Assembly: GCA_965645245.1 (NCBI GenBank)
Contig: OZ287069.1
Coordinates: 2,046,001-2,110,000, forward strand
Reading direction: 5' to 3'
DNA from: Massalongia carnosa
Lineage: Eukaryota
DNA length: 64,000 nucleotides
Numbering within the stretch: the first letter of the stretch is position 1; each line of letters opens with the position of its first letter. The notes under the pieces are model-generated. The model had not been told where the DNA came from, searched no databases, and saw only the letters and a list, made by a program, of their open reading frames with translations. This document shows, one piece after another, positions 34,773 through 49,400 of the stretch. The translations under genes and the position numbers were made by a program.

Positions 34773-35487
34773 AGTCTGAGAGAGAAGAGGATATATGTTG
34801 TGGGCGCGGTGGTTACTTTGTGGAGAAGGAAAGCATGAGGGGAGTAAGACTTGATGCTAGAGCTGCAATATTCTGCTCTTCGCTTTGAATGTTTTCGAGT
34901 TTCTTTCCCTCCTTTGTTTTATTGCTTTGTGTAGTGATGTTTTCCCTCTTCTTCTTTAGCTAAACTCGCCTAGGCAGGTAACTTTGATCACTCACTCCTG
35001 CTCCTATGTCCTTCTTCTAGCCTGGCGTCACCGCAATGAGGAGGAATTAGACCAGTCACTCTAAGGTAATCACGATTATTGCAAGCGTCTTTATCTCATG
35101 TACGCTTTCGTCCAACTCATATTACCTCCAAGTTTCAAGTTCCCGAAAATTCCCCGGCGAGAATGGGCTTTCCCGAACCGCCCGATAGAAAAGTACTTAT
35201 GGTGAAGATGTGGGAAAAGTGGAGATGGGTGAGGGAGACATTTAGGGGTGTCATATTCGGGCTCTAAGATTCAACTTTCCTAGAATCTTGAGTAGTTACT
35301 TCAGCTAGCTGAAGATATTCCCAGTGCCGCATTCGTCACTAGATAATGAACTCATAGAGCTTCGCTTCTCCCGCCCGAGGCTTACAACCTCCTCTACAAT
35401 GCCCCTCCCGCAGGATCCCCCCAACGGCCCCCCGCTGCAGAGTCCCAGCCCCCGCGAAAAAATCCTAAATTTTCCGTACAGGGAGGC

Positions 35488-37117
35488 TCATAAGCCACTG
35501 CTACCACCCTCAAATTCTTCCACATCATACTCTTCTGGATACTCTTGTAAAATCCGTGCCAACTGCCTTCGTTCCGCCTTTCCATCTGGCGTCATCTCCT
35601 CGTAAACCCCCTCAAACATCTCCCGTAGCGGCGATCGCTTCTCCCTCTCCGCCCTTGCAAACGCCGCAAGCACCTCCTTCCGGATCGCAGATCTGACCTC
35701 GCGCTCTTTTTCCGCATCCCAAAGCCCGCGATGCTCCATCCATTTGCGCAAGCGCGTAATCGGATTGTCGCGGCGCTTCCAGTCCTCAACCTCGACCTTG
35801 GCGCGGTAGGCGAAACTGTCGTCGCTTGTGCTGTGATGCGAGACGCGGTAGCTCATCGCCTCAATGAGCACTGGTTTGCCGCCGTCGGAGAGCGCCATGC
35901 GGCGCGCTTCCTGCGTGGCTGCACGCACGGCGAAGATATCGTTGCCGTCAACGCGGATGGTGTCAATGCCGTAGCCCACGCCACGGCTGGCGATGCCATC
36001 ACCGCGGTATTGCTCCAGCGTTGGCGTCGAGATCGCGTATCCATTATTGCGGCAAATGTAGACGACGGGGCAGGAGCGGGTGGCGGCAATATTGAGTGCA
36101 GCATGGAAATCTCCTTCGCTGGCGGCGCCCTCGCCGAAGTAGCACACTACTATTCTCGACGGGAGGTTGGGGTTTTGGAGCGCTTGCAGCTTGAGAGCGT
36201 AGGCTGCGCCGGCGGCTTGGGGGATCTGTGTTGCGAGGGGGGAGGAGATTGTGTGCTGTTGATTCAATCAATAAAGAAATTTTAAAGGGGAGAAAGGAGT
36301 TGGAAAGGGGAACTATACAATGTTGAGTTTGCTGCTGCCATAGTGGACGGGCATATTTCGACCTTTACCTGGGTCCTTGCAATTGGCGAATAGCTGGCTC
36401 ATATAGTCATCAAGGGTGAAGCCACGCTGTTGAAATACGCCTGTCTCCCGATACTGGGCAAAAATCACATCCTCTGGGATTAGAGCTGAAGCCGATCCTA
36501 CTGCTATACCCTCTTCCCCGGCAGAGACCTATAATGAAATTAGAATTCTCATTTTCAGTAGCGGGCGCACAATTTGTTCTCATAAAAATCCTGTAACCAT
36601 AGCTTACCATATAGAAACTTAATCTGCCTTGCCTCTGAGCGTCAAACATGATAAGATCCATGATGCTAACTACAGCCATGGGCCAGACCCTTAATCATGT
36701 ATTCTTTCCCAATGCCAAAATTTTCTTGGACAAAGATATACCTGTCAACATATTTCTGTACCATGTTAAGATCTCTTCGTCATTGGAGTCCGATGGCGTT
36801 CGGGCTTTATCAACGACGATCCCTTCAGAATCCATTACCCTATAGGTAGGAATTGCCGGATGGGTAGAGGGTCGCTCGAACAACAGTTTGGTGGTAAACT
36901 TGCTGTTGACAGCCCCGGGAAAATGCACACTGGAATCGGTCAATCAATGGCATAAGCAGTGAAGGATAATACGAAATGCTTACTGGTCTGAACCCTGTTT
37001 TTGTGACAGGGAGCTCCATGTTGCCCAGGTTGGTGCGCCTTGAGACTTGGTGCGACGCAGGATGAACTGAGGTCTGACAAAAAGTGAAAATGCTTTCTGA
37101 GGGGATCGGAGAGACAT
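35488..37117 (-). CDS. Branched-chain alpha-keto acid (2-oxoisovalerate) dehydrogenase E1 alpha subunit, mitochondrial, multi-exon
   Basis: FDAQRQGRLSFYM, ISSPLATQIPQAAGAAY, the TPP-binding motif YFGEGAASEGDFHAALN...CRNNGYAIST, and YRVSHHSTSDDS. Confidence 0.95.
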
Positions 37118-37269
37118 TCTGTTATCGATCAATCATGATTGAACGTGAAAGGAGGGAAGATGTAGTGTCTTCGGTGAAAGCACCATCAACAACGAGCCCT
37201 ATCGGCTAGCGACGGCAAATGTGTTTAAAGCTTCAAGCTAGTGGAGACGACTTGCTAATTTCTCTGACA

Positions 37270-38249
37270 ATGTCTATAAAGGTTATTCGGCAAATCACCA
37301 GCGTTTACGCATTGCAGCTTCTGAAAAAAAATGGATCTTTTAGATGTCTCTCATGTTATACTCGTCTGGCGCAGAAGCAAGCTACACAATCTCAAGAGGG
37401 AAGAACGACGCATTTCGGGTTCCAACGAGTACCTGAAAGTGCCAAAGAGTCAAAAGGTCTCTTCCACCCGTATTTGAGTATCGGAAATTCACTGAACTGG
37501 TTAAAGTCGGAGTGGTGTTCTCGTCAGTTGCATCATCATATGATATTATGAACGATTTGATGTCGATGGGAATACATCGATTATGGAAGGATCACTTTGT
37601 TCGCTCATTGAATCCGGGTTCCACAGCCTCTGAGAAGGCTTCAAAGCCATGGAGAATCCTCGACATTGCTGGTGGCACGGGAGATATAGCCTTTCGCATG
37701 TTAGACCACGCTTCTGCCGTCAACAATGACTACGAGTCTCGCGTCATTGTTTCCGATATAAATTCACAAATGCTGGCCGAAGGAAAGAAAAGAAGTCTCG
37801 AGACGCAACACGCGCGGAGCGAGCGACTAAGCTTTCTAGAAGCAAATGCCGAGAAACTCTCGATGATCGAGGATAACTCGATTGATTTATACACAGTCGC
37901 GTTTGGAATCCGGAATTTTACAAACAAGCAGACTGCATTACATGAGGCCTTTAGAGTCTTGAAGCCAGGGGGAGTTTTCGCTTGTTTGGAATTTAGCAAA
38001 GTCAATAGTTCTATCTTCAACGCCGTTTACAAGAGATGGAGCTTTGGTGCTATACCGCTGATCGGCCAGTTAGTCGCTGGTGATCGAGCCAGTTATCAGT
38101 ACCTTGTTGAAAGCATAGAGCAATTCCCAAGCCAAAGCGAGTTTACGGAAATGATCCAGCACGCAGGGTTTATGATAGCAGGAAAGGGATGGGAAAATTT
38201 GACTGGTGGGATTGCTGCAATACACAAGGGGATCAAACCCTTGGGGTAG
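37270..38249 (+). CDS. COQ5: Ubiquinone biosynthesis C-methyltransferase (UbiE/COQ5), 2 exons
   Basis: TTHFGFQRV, VFSSVASSYDIMNDLMSMGIHRLWK, ILDIAGGTGDIAF, YTVAFGIRN, RVLKPGG and YQYLVESIEQFP. Confidence 0.95.
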
Positions 38250-38465
38250 ATATGGGTGTACCGTAAATATGATACTCTTGAGAGGTATGGGAGTTGCAGC
38301 AGCACAGGTTCACAATTTCTAATTTGCATCTTGAGGGCTACCACTGGGACGTTGACAGCATCCAGCCTGCGATTATCAGTGTACGGGCATTAAATCATTA
38401 TAGAGTCCGAGAAAATGTCTCCAGAAGTTACTTTGAGCAACGCCAAATCGCCTTACTCCACACTC

Positions 38466-39617
38466 TTATGGCAAAGAATTAGGATCCTGTGGACCAAACA
38501 CCTTGGTCTTTCCGTAATAACCTCCTTGCTGTCTCCGTAGTTCCAACGCTCTTTTGTATGGTGGCGCAGTTGGAGGCTGTACCGGATCTAGGCTAACTCT
38601 GTCCTTTGGTAAGTGATAAGTGGCATCAGCGTCCCAAGCCGACAAATCTCCGCAGGCTACAAAAGGCGCTATCCAGCGCGTATCATCTTCATCGTCCGCC
38701 TCAAATTCCAAAACTGTAATCCCATCCTCGCCAATAGTTCGCCGTTCACCATCATGCCAATTTTTCCTTTCCTGGTCTCCGATATCCTTCGACTCTCTTA
38801 AAATACGTGTACTTAGTCCGACTGGATGATCAGCGCCAATGTTATACCCCTTAGGCATCATAAATCCTTCACAAACTACAAATGCTTCCAGGCTACTTGC
38901 TCTAGAGCTCCTTGGTTTCGCACAATGTACTTTGGGGAAGAAGCATCTTAATTGAGCGTATATCAAATCAACGTCCTTGCCACGAAATATCTTTGCCACA
39001 AACTTCCCTCCTGGTTTGAGAACACGCAACGCTAGATTAAGAGCGGAGAAAAGTAATTGCGATTGTATGTATATATCCAGATCATGCAGGCCGGTGACAT
39101 CAGGGGCGCCATCACTCAGCACTAGGTCGACAGGATTGCTTCCTTGGGAGGCCGATTCCAGGTTATAGGTTTCTGGGTCCAACGCCTGCAATATCCGCGG
39201 AATAGTTGACGGATGCGTAATATCTCCTTTAAGCGTCGTAATCCCCTCTAGGAAGGACATGGGCTGCAGGTCAACAGCAACAATTTTCACTCCCTGCCGC
39301 GGCCGGAGATCTCCAATTCGCGATTGCTTCCCACCTTCCACCTCGGGTTCATTCTGGCCCGATATTATTCTCTGCTCGCGCTTTTGCTTCTCCTCCCATG
39401 CTCTTCTACCAAAGCTTTCTCCCTTGATCAACACCCTCGAGAGCACTTGGCTCCAGCTTCCCGGTGCGGCGCACAAGTCAACCACCCGGGTAACTCCATC
39501 GAAGAGATTAAACTGTTCGTCAAGCTGAATGAGCTTAAAAGCCGAGCGAGCACGCCATCCTTGCTCTTTTGCCAGTCGGTAATAAGCGTCGCGCTTGTCT
39601 TTTGATGACTTCCCCAT
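38466..39617 (-). CDS. TRM7: tRNA (C32/G34) 2'-O-methyltransferase, FtsJ family
   Basis: [73 protein letters not shown] and [13 protein letters not shown]. Confidence 0.95.
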   Translation of the reverse strand: MGKSSKDKRDAYYRLAKEQGWRARSAFKLIQLDEQFNLFDGVTRVVDLCAAPGSWSQVLSRVLIKGESFGRRAWEEKQKREQRIISGQNEPEVEGGKQSRIGDLRPRQGVKIVAVDLQPMSFLEGITTLKGDITHPSTIPRILQALDPETYNLESASQGSNPVDLVLSDGAPDVTGLHDLDIYIQSQLLFSALNLALRVLKPGGKFVAKIFRGKDVDLIYAQLRCFFPKVHCAKPRSSRASSLEAFVVCEGFMMPKGYNIGADHPVGLSTRILRESKDIGDQERKNWHDGERRTIGEDGITVLEFEADDEDDTRWIAPFVACGDLSAWDADATYHLPKDRVSLDPVQPPTAPPYKRALELRRQQGGYYGKTKVFGPQDPNSLP

Positions 39618-40125
39618 TGCACAAAATAAATGGGAAGTCTATAAAGCTGAAGGTCGACTATAATCACCTCTGTGGAAAGCTTGATGGTAATACTATCCGT
39701 GCCCACCTACACGTTTTAACTCATCATGTGTAAGTAATATGGCTGGGTATTTCGCTATTACTGCCTCAATACTTCAGATTTCGAGGTGTTATTCGATATG
39801 CTATGACTAGTCTGTACCACATAACTACACAGGACAGAGTATAGAGTAAATTCAAAGCGGCAGTAAGGTAGATCGAAATGTATGAGATCTACTCGCTAGA
39901 ATTATTCGATTAATCATGTACAATTTCCTTCCTACATGCACAAAGATAAGACGCTACTTAAGTTGCTTGCACGTGATAAATTAAATATGTTCATCCGTAC
40001 GACGATACATAGTTAAGGCGGCGCTCACCGTATCCCCAAATTGGGGCAAATCCGGCAACAGAGATTTCTTTCGAACATACTTTCAGAAGCAATCCGAAAT
40101 CCAATATATGACCATATAAGTTCCA

Positions 40126-42641
40126 ATGGCATTACTTGCCAAGGAGAAGAAGCGATCTCGACAAGATGAGGCCCAAAAGACCCGCAAGAGACAGCGAGTT
40201 GATGTGATTCGCGGTCGTGTTAACCCGCCTGTTGCAAAGAACAAATCCGTTTCTCTAGATGCGCTTCCTTGGACCGAAGTGCTTCTTCCAGACCGATTTG
40301 CTGATGCAGAAGGGTTTTTTGGTCTCGAGGAGATTGAAGATGTCGAGGTTGTGAGAGATAAGATTTTGGGTAGGCTTGAGTACAGGGTAGGTAAGGTTTC
40401 CAATTATGATGGCCGGTCTTTCTGCTTTATCTGATAGCTATAGCTGTCCACAAAACATCTTGGGAAGAATGCTACTGCTCCTTTCACAGGAACACTGCAA
40501 ATAGATAAGCCAACCCTTGATGTTTCGGGTGAAAACAGGGCTGAGGAAGAAGAGCAAGAGTGGGAGGGATTTGGTTCTTCCATAGCTGGAGTAGAAGCAC
40601 TCTCCGCTGTGGTAGGCAAAGTCTCAACCGCCTCGGTAGACCAGGCCGCCCGAAATGCGAAAGAGAACACCCAAAAGGCTCAGAAGAAAGTCCACAAGGA
40701 AGAGTCGTTGGGCCAAAAAGGTTCGAAGTCACAATCGGAGAACACGTTCGAGATCTTACGCGAGTCAACGACTCCGGAGGTTGATGGTAAGCTAATATCT
40801 TTTCCAACTTCAAAGCATAAATTACTAGACGTGTCAGTGTCTGCCTGGAGATTCATAGGATTGGCTTCTCATACGCTTTCATCTCTTGCACAGCTCAAGT
40901 TCGCCACTCCGACCCCGATCCAAGCATCTGCCATACCGGAGATTCTCAATGGCCACGACGTGATCGGTAAAGCTGTAACAGGTTCCGGAAAGACACTAGC
41001 TTTCGGCATACCAATCCTTGAGCACTATCTCAAAACACGGGTTCGGGAGGGGACAGGTATGAAATTTAATGGAGCCGAAGACCATGGATATCCTCCTGTT
41101 GCTCTCATTCTATCGCCGACTCGGGAACTCGCTCATCAGATTACTCTACACCTAACTGATTTATGTTCTAACGCCTTGTCTACGCCCCCAGTGATAGCTA
41201 CATTGACAGGTGGGCTGTCATTGCAGAAGCAACAGCGTCTTCTTGCAAATTCCGATATTGTTATCGGGACGCCTGGGCGGCTATGGGAGGTCATTAGTGG
41301 AGGACACGGGCTAACGAATTGGCTAAGAAAAGTCAAATATCTTGTTATAGACGAGGCCGATAGACTGCTCAGCGAAGGTCATTTCAAGGAAGTGGAGGAA
41401 ATTTTAAATGTATTAGATAGAGCTGATGCAGACGATGACGATGACGGCCAAAGCGAGTATATAAAGAAAAATGAAGGGATTCAGCGCCAAACCCTCGTTT
41501 TCTCCGCGACTTTTCAAAAAGATCTCCAACAAAAACTGGCCGGGAAGGGCAAGTCATCGGGTGATGATCTGATGGGGAAGCAAGAATCTGTGGAGTATCT
41601 ACTGAAAAAACTCAATTTCCGGGAAGAAAAACCAAAGTTCATTGATGTCAATCCAGTCTCTCAGATGGCTTCTAGTCTCAAGGAGGGCATTGTTGAGTGC
41701 GCCGGCTTAGAAAAGGTTTTTACATCCCGCTCCATGTTTCTCATTGTATCGCTTACGCGACCCTGAAGGACCTCTACCTATACGCTCTCCTCCTTCACTA
41801 CCCTCACACTCGCACTTTGATCTTCACCAACTCCATCACTTCCGTGCGACGCCTTACCCCTTTCCTCCATAACCTCAATGTGTCCGCCTACGCCCTGCAT
41901 TCCCAAATGCCCCAGAAAGCTCGACTGCGCTCCATTGAACGCTTTTCCTCGCCCTCGTCTCCGTCTTCAATCCTGATAGCCACAGATGTTGCCGCTCGAG
42001 GCCTTGATATTCCTTCCGTCCAATTAGTTATCCACTATCACCTCCCTCGCGCTGCAGACATGTACGTGCACCGTTCTGGCCGAACAGCTCGAGCAACCAA
42101 GTCGGGATCTAGTATCTTGCTCTGCGCCCCGGAAGAAGTTTTGGGCGTTAGGCGGCTAGTTGCAAAGGTACATACCCGCCATGCGGCTATAAACACAGAA
42201 GGTAGCAGCAAGTTTTTTATGCGTACAATCGAGCTTGACCGCAGGATCGTAGCGCGCCTGAAACCGCGTGTTGCTCTTTCGAAGAAAATTTCAGACTCGT
42301 CGCTTGCAAAGGAGAAAAAAGGCCACGAGGAGAACTGGCTGCGAACTGCAGCCGAAGATCTAGGGGTAGATTACGATAGCGAAGAATTTGCTGCGGGCGA
42401 AGCGAGCAAGAAAGGAAGAGGACAGGGAAGGAAGAAAGCCGAGAAAGAGGCTAGAGGTTTAACGAAGGGAGCATTAGGGGCCTTAAGGGGTGAGTTGAGA
42501 CAGATGTTGAGTCACAGGGTTAACATAGGGGTGAGTGAGAGGTATCTGACTGCTGGAGGGGTCAACGTGGATGAACTATTAAGTGGGGAGCAGAACAGTG
42601 AGTTTCTAGGGAAAGTGCAGAGCGGGTTTGATGGCGTGTGA
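40126..42641 (+). CDS. MAK5: DEAD-box RNA helicase (Mak5/DDX24), 60S biogenesis, 4 exons
   Basis: Q motif PTPIQ, AVTGSGKT, SPTRELAHQ, IDEADRLLSEGHFKEV, QTLVFSAT, ATDVAARGLDIP, YVHRSGRTAR and WLRTAAEDLG. Confidence 0.92.
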
Positions 42642-43447
42642 TGCCTCCTCGGTATGCTTCCCGATGTCTTACAGGCTCCATTTCATACTGTGAGTATCGA
42701 CCGTTTTAAGCCTCAGACTCTCGAATTCAGGGATCCCCGGTAAGCAGCGAAACATGTAAATAGGTCTGTCCCAAGAGATCAGGGACACGAGGCTGAACAG
42801 TGGTTTATATTAGACCAAGTAGCTACTCTTACGCTCGTTTTCATGTGTTTGGTCCACCGTGTATGGAAAACTTGCAATAAATAAGACCCACGAAGAATGC
42901 CAGCAAAATCTAGCTTTCAGCATTATTGTAAAGGATCATCACAATATCTGAGGTTGTATGATGCAGACGTGGATTGGCCGCTGAGAGGAGGCGCCAGCTC
43001 ATTTGATAGAGAAGGCTATCTATCCAACATCTTAAGGTTTGCTCTGGCAAGAGCGTATTCACCAAATTTTTGGCCTTAATAAATCAAAGAGACAGCTTCT
43101 TTCCATATTATTTTAAAAAAAAAAATGTTGTTTCAATCAAACACCAAGTACTTCGTACACTTTAAATATAAGAAAAAGACACAACGTTACAGATTGATTT
43201 AAGCCTCTTCTTAATTCGCCGCAAGAAAACCTATGCACGGGCCAAGAGGGAGTCGGGTAAACCTCGGCCTTGATAGCCCTTATGCAAGTGTGATTTATAG
43301 ACTGCTCCCCACGTTCAGAATATTCAAAAAGAAATCTTCCTAGCTCTTTACAACCAACTCAGTCCTCTTTGTCCGAAATAAAATCTTACACAGCAGAGCA
43401 CCTTCGAGTAACGCTGAATGCGGGCATAGGCGGACAAGCTTGTCAGG

Positions 43448-44583
43448 ATGCAGGGCTTTAGTAGGCACCTTGAATCAGCTGCTATGCCTTTATTCTAATG
43501 TGAATTAGACATGGGACGTTATGTCCCCCCGGACCAGGAAGGAATAACATCTGCAAACAAGCTTGCTGGCAAGTACGGAAATACTCGTGTATTTTTTCAA
43601 CAGATACTTACAATAGTAGACATGCTCTTGGCAATCGGGCCCGCAAGTCAGGTCAAGGAATACTTACCGTTCGCTTCGAAATGCCCTTTGCAATATGGTG
43701 CACAACCTGTCCCAAGCCTACAATCGTTGGGCAGGGTGTTCGCTTCAATGCGGAGAAGAAGAAAGTGGGGAGCTATCATTCAACGCCAATCTTTAGCTTT
43801 CGTATGAAGCACAATGTTTGTGGTGGCTGGATAGAGATACGGACAGATCCAAAGAACACGGCATACGTAGTGACAAATGGAGCCAAGAAGAGAGATACAG
43901 GGGAGAGCAAGCAGATGGATGGTGACATCTTGATAAGGACGGATGAAGAGCGAGAAAGATTACGGAATGATGCATTTGCTGCATTAGAAGTCAAAATTGA
44001 CGATAGGAAGCAGGTTGCGAGTGACAAATCCCGAATTGAAGAGATTCACCAGTCTAAGCAAAAAGACTGGGAGGATCCATATGCTGCGAGCAAAAAGCTA
44101 AGGAGAACGTTTAGAGCGGATCGTAAACTAAGGCAAAAGAACGAGGCAAGGACGGAGAATCTGCGAGATAGAATGAGTTTGGGCATGGAGCTATTGGAAG
44201 AGACGGAGGAAGACAGACGACGAGCTAGCTTCGTTGAGTTTGGCGATTTTGATGGGGAGTCTGGCGTCACCAGAGCGAAGTCAAAGCCCCTCTTCACAGC
44301 ATCGTCTTTACCCACCAGAACTTCTTCTGAAAAGACAAATTCTTCAGTAGTATTGAAGGCTCGCTCCCACATCGATAAGCTTCACCACGAGCTTGCGAAC
44401 AATACTAGGGCACGCCTGGATCCCTTTCTCATCGGCGATAAAGTAATTACCCATCCTCCGAGCATCATACCGAACAGAGGGCAGAAATCTGAATCGAAAA
44501 ATGCGCTTGCGGACCCAAAATTTACGTCCGCTGCTGAAAACTGCATGCCTTCAGTTCCGTTAGTAGACTACGACTCAGACTGA
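43448..44583 (+). CDS. CWC16/Yju2 family splicing factor (CCDC130/Saf4-like), 3 exons
   Basis: Exons 43448-43460, 43509-43572 and 43620-44583 give MQGFNMGRYVPP...KHALGNRARK...VRFEMPFAIWCTTC...GVRFNAEKKKVG...IRTDPKNTAY. Confidence 0.88.
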
Positions 44584-46210
44584 AGGCCTTATCATCTTAG
44601 GTAAAAAGCTATACAAACCACCTAGACTCGGCATATCTAAACCTTTCTAAATTATAAGCCATAAAAATCATGAACTATAGGCTTTCCATACCTCGAAAGG
44701 TAACATCATTACAGTCTAAAAAACGAGATCTTCTATTCCTATTAACATATGATGGCTTCGCAGGCCGTCTCAGAGCCTTTAGTTACAGGGCCCGAGTTTG
44801 TGTGATACTCTTGACCCGGTTCAGATCACAACAATAAGAAACAGCACATCTGAAAGATATGAATATCCTCAATTTACGAATATTGCATCAGAACGAACAC
44901 ATACTCGAACAAACCTAGACGATAATCGAAAGGTTAGTCTAATGGTTATCTTTCGCAAACTAGGACATAAAGCTGACTGTATGCAGATTGAAGTAATCAT
45001 CATAATCGGCATTTTTGCCTTCCTCATTCGGAGACCTGTTCAGCCACACAAGATACCATCAGCGCCACCCTCTTCCAGAGACAGATCTTCCCATGCGCAG
45101 TGTGATCGTTGAGCTCCCTCGAAGCAGTAAGTTCACTTCTCCCATGATCAACACTGCATTCTTAAGAGTCTAAACTATGCAGTGTTAAGTCGTATATCTC
45201 CTATCCTTGTACCCAATGGGGATGCATAGTAAGGTAGCTTTCGGGCCTCCGGTTACTTAGAGCCCATCTCCAAAGTAATCATAGAACCATGGCACCCATA
45301 TCCGCCCAAAGCCATGCTGGATAACCTTGGAGGTATAAAACAACCTCTCAATTATTATTCGTCCTCAAATTTGTTGAAAGATGCTGACTTTAATAGTTGA
45401 AGCTCAAGGCCATTTTGCACAGCAGCGCAAGCGAAAGTCAGAAGATCAGGGCATGAGCGTTAACATGACAATCATGGGAACCCCCCTACGAAGCCGCGAC
45501 AGAACAACACAGCCGAGGTTACCTTCTCTCCCTGTTCTTCTATCATTTCAGCTTCCCGCCCTCTAGTTTGATAATCTTATCTAAACCCTTCAAGCTATCG
45601 ATGCTCTTGCGAACGGGGGCGACATTCGTTAGTTACAGCTTTTTGGCTATCAATTGCAGAGTGGATGTAAGGCGCCAAACAGAGGGAAATGAAAAGGACA
45701 AGCCGCGTCTCGCTCACCGGGGAAGGGCACATTGTTAGTTTTCGAAATCCTAGATGGTCTGGGAACTTTGGTGCAGAGAAGTTGCTGAGCTGCAAGTACC
45801 AGCCAAGCACATGCATATATTATTTTTTTAGTTTATTCTCGCGGTTCTCCACCCATAGGCTTTACGGAAAGCTGGAGGAGGGATCTAAGGCTCCATTCCT
45901 ACAACCCCCCCAAAAACTTCTTTAGAGTTTCAAGTACGCAGCAGGGGAGATAATATGTTCGCGATTGATAGATTAATTACGTAGCGCTTTATTTTGCAAA
46001 GATGTGAATGCATCCCTCCCTACAATAGGCATACCTACTCCTATCTACATATTTATCCATGCAGCGAACTCATGTCTTCCGATTTTCAAATATATCTGAT
46101 GCGATCAGAACACCCATTCCCGTTAACCATTCACCTAAACCCCCAAAGCCCACCTTTGATCGTCCCCCCATTCCTCATTCCTCTGCTTCACCAACTTCCG
46201 CCTCCCCCAT

Positions 46211-46396
46211 TCAAGCAAGCCACTCCGGATCTGCATCCTCATCCGCCGGGTCCTGCGAGAGCAATGACCCCGCATCCTCACTACTGCTTTCCCCTTCCTT
46301 CCCCTCCTCCCCGCTTTCCCCAAAAACAGCCCCCCTCCTCCCTTCCAGCTCTTGCATTCCCCCTCCTTCACCTATCAGCCTAGGCGAAAAGCTCAT

Positions 46397-46431
<35 letters not shown>

Positions 46432-49400
46432 TACCCAACTGCTGCGATCGCGAGGGTTCCTTCCCGGTTCCTGGCAGCTGCTGCGCTGTTGGCGGGTTCG
46501 TTTCTTCTGCAGGGCGGGCTTTTGAGTCGTGGAGTTGTTGCAGGAGGGTCGCTTCTGCGAGGACCGAGGGAGGGAGGGGGAGATGGGACGAGGGGTTGGG
46601 TGGGGGTTGGCATGAAGAAGCTGGGGTTGGGGCTGAGGTGGGTTTGGTGGGGTATTGGTTGTTGCTATTCTTGGTGATGTAGCCGTCGTTGTCGTTGTCG
46701 TCAGCGTGGTAGGGGTTGAGTTTCTCGGATATGAAGCCTGCGCCGTCGCTGAATAGTACTGCGGAAACTTTTCTCCGTGAGCGGGGTGGTTGTGGTGGGG
46801 ATGGTGTAGGGGTTGGAGGGTCAGGAGTGGAATTTATGGCACTGTTGATGCCAAGTGCATGTTTAGCGTCATTGGTCGTGATTTTTGTGCGAGGTAAGTG
46901 GTCTTCGATATGATAGCCGTCGTCTGCAGAGTCGTTGGTGATGAACCCGCCTCCTGCATTCTGGTCGTAATCTTCCGTATCACCAGCTTCTTCTACAACA
47001 AGCTGGTCGTCCGTTTTCTTAAAGGCATTTATCCTGTGTTCTAGCGAATATTCGGTCACGAAGCCACCACCATCTCTATCTTCATCCTCATCCTCATGCC
47101 TATATTGTCCACCAAACTTGTTAAATAGCTCCGCCATTGGTTTCGAGCCAGCACCAGCCATCCTATTAGCCAAGAATCCATCTCTTATCTCTTCATCGTC
47201 ATCAGTCGCCCCATTAGGCAAGAACCCCCCCCATCTCTCTTCATCATCATCTTCATTATCTTCTTCATCTACCTTCATCCTCTCATCATCAACCTTCCTC
47301 TCCCCCTCAATCTCGTACCCCTCAATTCTCTCCTTCACTCTCAATCCAACCAATAGCCTCTTCCACATCCTTAAAGCCTCCATGCTCCTTCTCTCCTCAT
47401 CCTCTCTTGCCCTCTCGTCCTCAAACGCGACAAGTACCTCCCGTATCGCCTCGCAGCATTCGCTTGCCACTACCGCCCCTGTAAACACTGCGGTGCCATG
47501 GCGACCCCTAAATTCAAAGCCCGTAACAGCATCCGCATAATCGATGCCGAGGATACGGGCCGCGCGTGCTGTTTCTGGATGTGGGATATGTGTGCCGCCA
47601 GAAGGAACCATAGAGGGGACGTAGATGTCGAGGTTGCTATAAATGTTTTTGGGGATGCGGCCGTTGTGGACAGGAGGGGGGGTGTAGATAGTCGTTTGGT
47701 ATCCAGCATAAAGAGGCGTTCCTGCTTGGTCCTCGGTTGGGGCATCAGGACCGTAACTGTTATCAGGGGTTGATTCTCGCTTTCTGCGAGCTGGAACACG
47801 TTTAAGAGGTTGCTCGCCGGTCTAGGTGTTGAAAAGACGATTGTTAGCTATCGGTAAATCAAAGTATAGGAGATTAGAGAAAGTATAACCTTTATTTCCC
47901 GGCCTGCCCGGTACCAACTCTCAGCACTTTTCACCTCAAGGACGTCTCTGCGGCGAAAGACTGGCTCTAAAACCTGGCTACGTTCACTCCGTCCAGCGAC
48001 AACTTTTCCTACCTCTCGTCTAGGATGTATCACTTCGCCTCTCTTCAGATGTCTTTCAAGCGCATAGAGAGGATGGTCTTTGAAGTCCAAGACATTTTTC
48101 GGCATTCTCTCGAGCTCTGCTTTGCCTACCAGTTCTGCATCCTCGACGTCATCGCGATGAAGACGATACGAACGCTTGTACAGCTTTAAGCTCTTCTGCC
48201 ACCATTTTTCGCCATTGCTTGTCACTTCAACTCGACTTTTTCGGGTTTTCGCCATGAAGGCCTTGGTGTAGCGTCTCGTGACATCACGGGCAGAGCCGTC
48301 GTCTTCGAATGCGAGAACGTATGTAAGACTATTTTGGGGATCGCTGGCGGGTGGTTCAAGTTTGGAAGGTTTTGAAATGGTGCTTGTGGCTAGAGGATCG
48401 ATGGGGATCCACTTTTGATGAGCCTCTTCGAAGGCTTCCACCCAGAACACTGGAAAAGGGGATTCTTTGATGCGTTTTGGAGGAGATCCTTCGGTGCTTA
48501 GTCTTGGAACGGTAGAAGGCAGGGAGAGCTTGCATACTTTTCACGATGCGGCGAGAATTTAAGGTTGACAAGTCGATATTATTGCTTTGGCTGGATAGGC
48601 CGAGCCTCGATGGAAGACTTGATGTAAATCTGCTATGCCGCCCCCCTGAGCTTTCAATCGCCTCTGATGTACCTGGGGAGACTCCAACTTCAACATCTAC
48701 TCCGCTGTCGTCAGCACTCGATGCTGTTTTACTGGCCGGATCTGCCAGAACCGAAGCTGAAGTTAACCTTGGCGGTTCCGTGACTCTAACTGTCGCAGTA
48801 AAAGGGAGTGGTTGCAACGAGCACACTAGCCTAGTATCAACCCCAACGGAACGTAGCAATGTACAAAATAGCTGAGCGCCGGTATCACGAGACCCCTCCA
48901 GCTTTGCCGCAGCTGCTTGAAAATCCAATTTTTGCATAGGAAGTTCCAAATCCTTAGGTAGCTTGATCTGCAGATATTCTATCGTTAAATATAACACCTT
49001 AGCAAGCTAGGTAAGGTATCACCTACAGCCGCCAACACGCCTTGGCTCTCGGCCCAGAATGACCTACTCATGCCTCTTGCGGTGATTTTGAATTTCTGTT
49101 TAAAGGCTTCGCTTGCTTGGGTCAGACCGTCGATGAACGAGCGAGATCTCTGGAATTGAGATAGGTTATCGTTCGGAACCAAGTATGACTTGTTACGATC
49201 TGACAGCAGGCTTTTCATTTTGCCCTACCGACGCTTAGCCTTGCAGCCATAGAGTGCTCGTTAAACGTCGCATACTTGAATCTTTTCATCGTTACACCAA
49301 TGATTGCGGAGATGAACATGGAAAAGTAGACTGAGAATGTGCAGTTTGTGGATATCAAGTCGAAGATTTCTCTCCGCGGCTGTGATTGGCTTTCTCGTTG

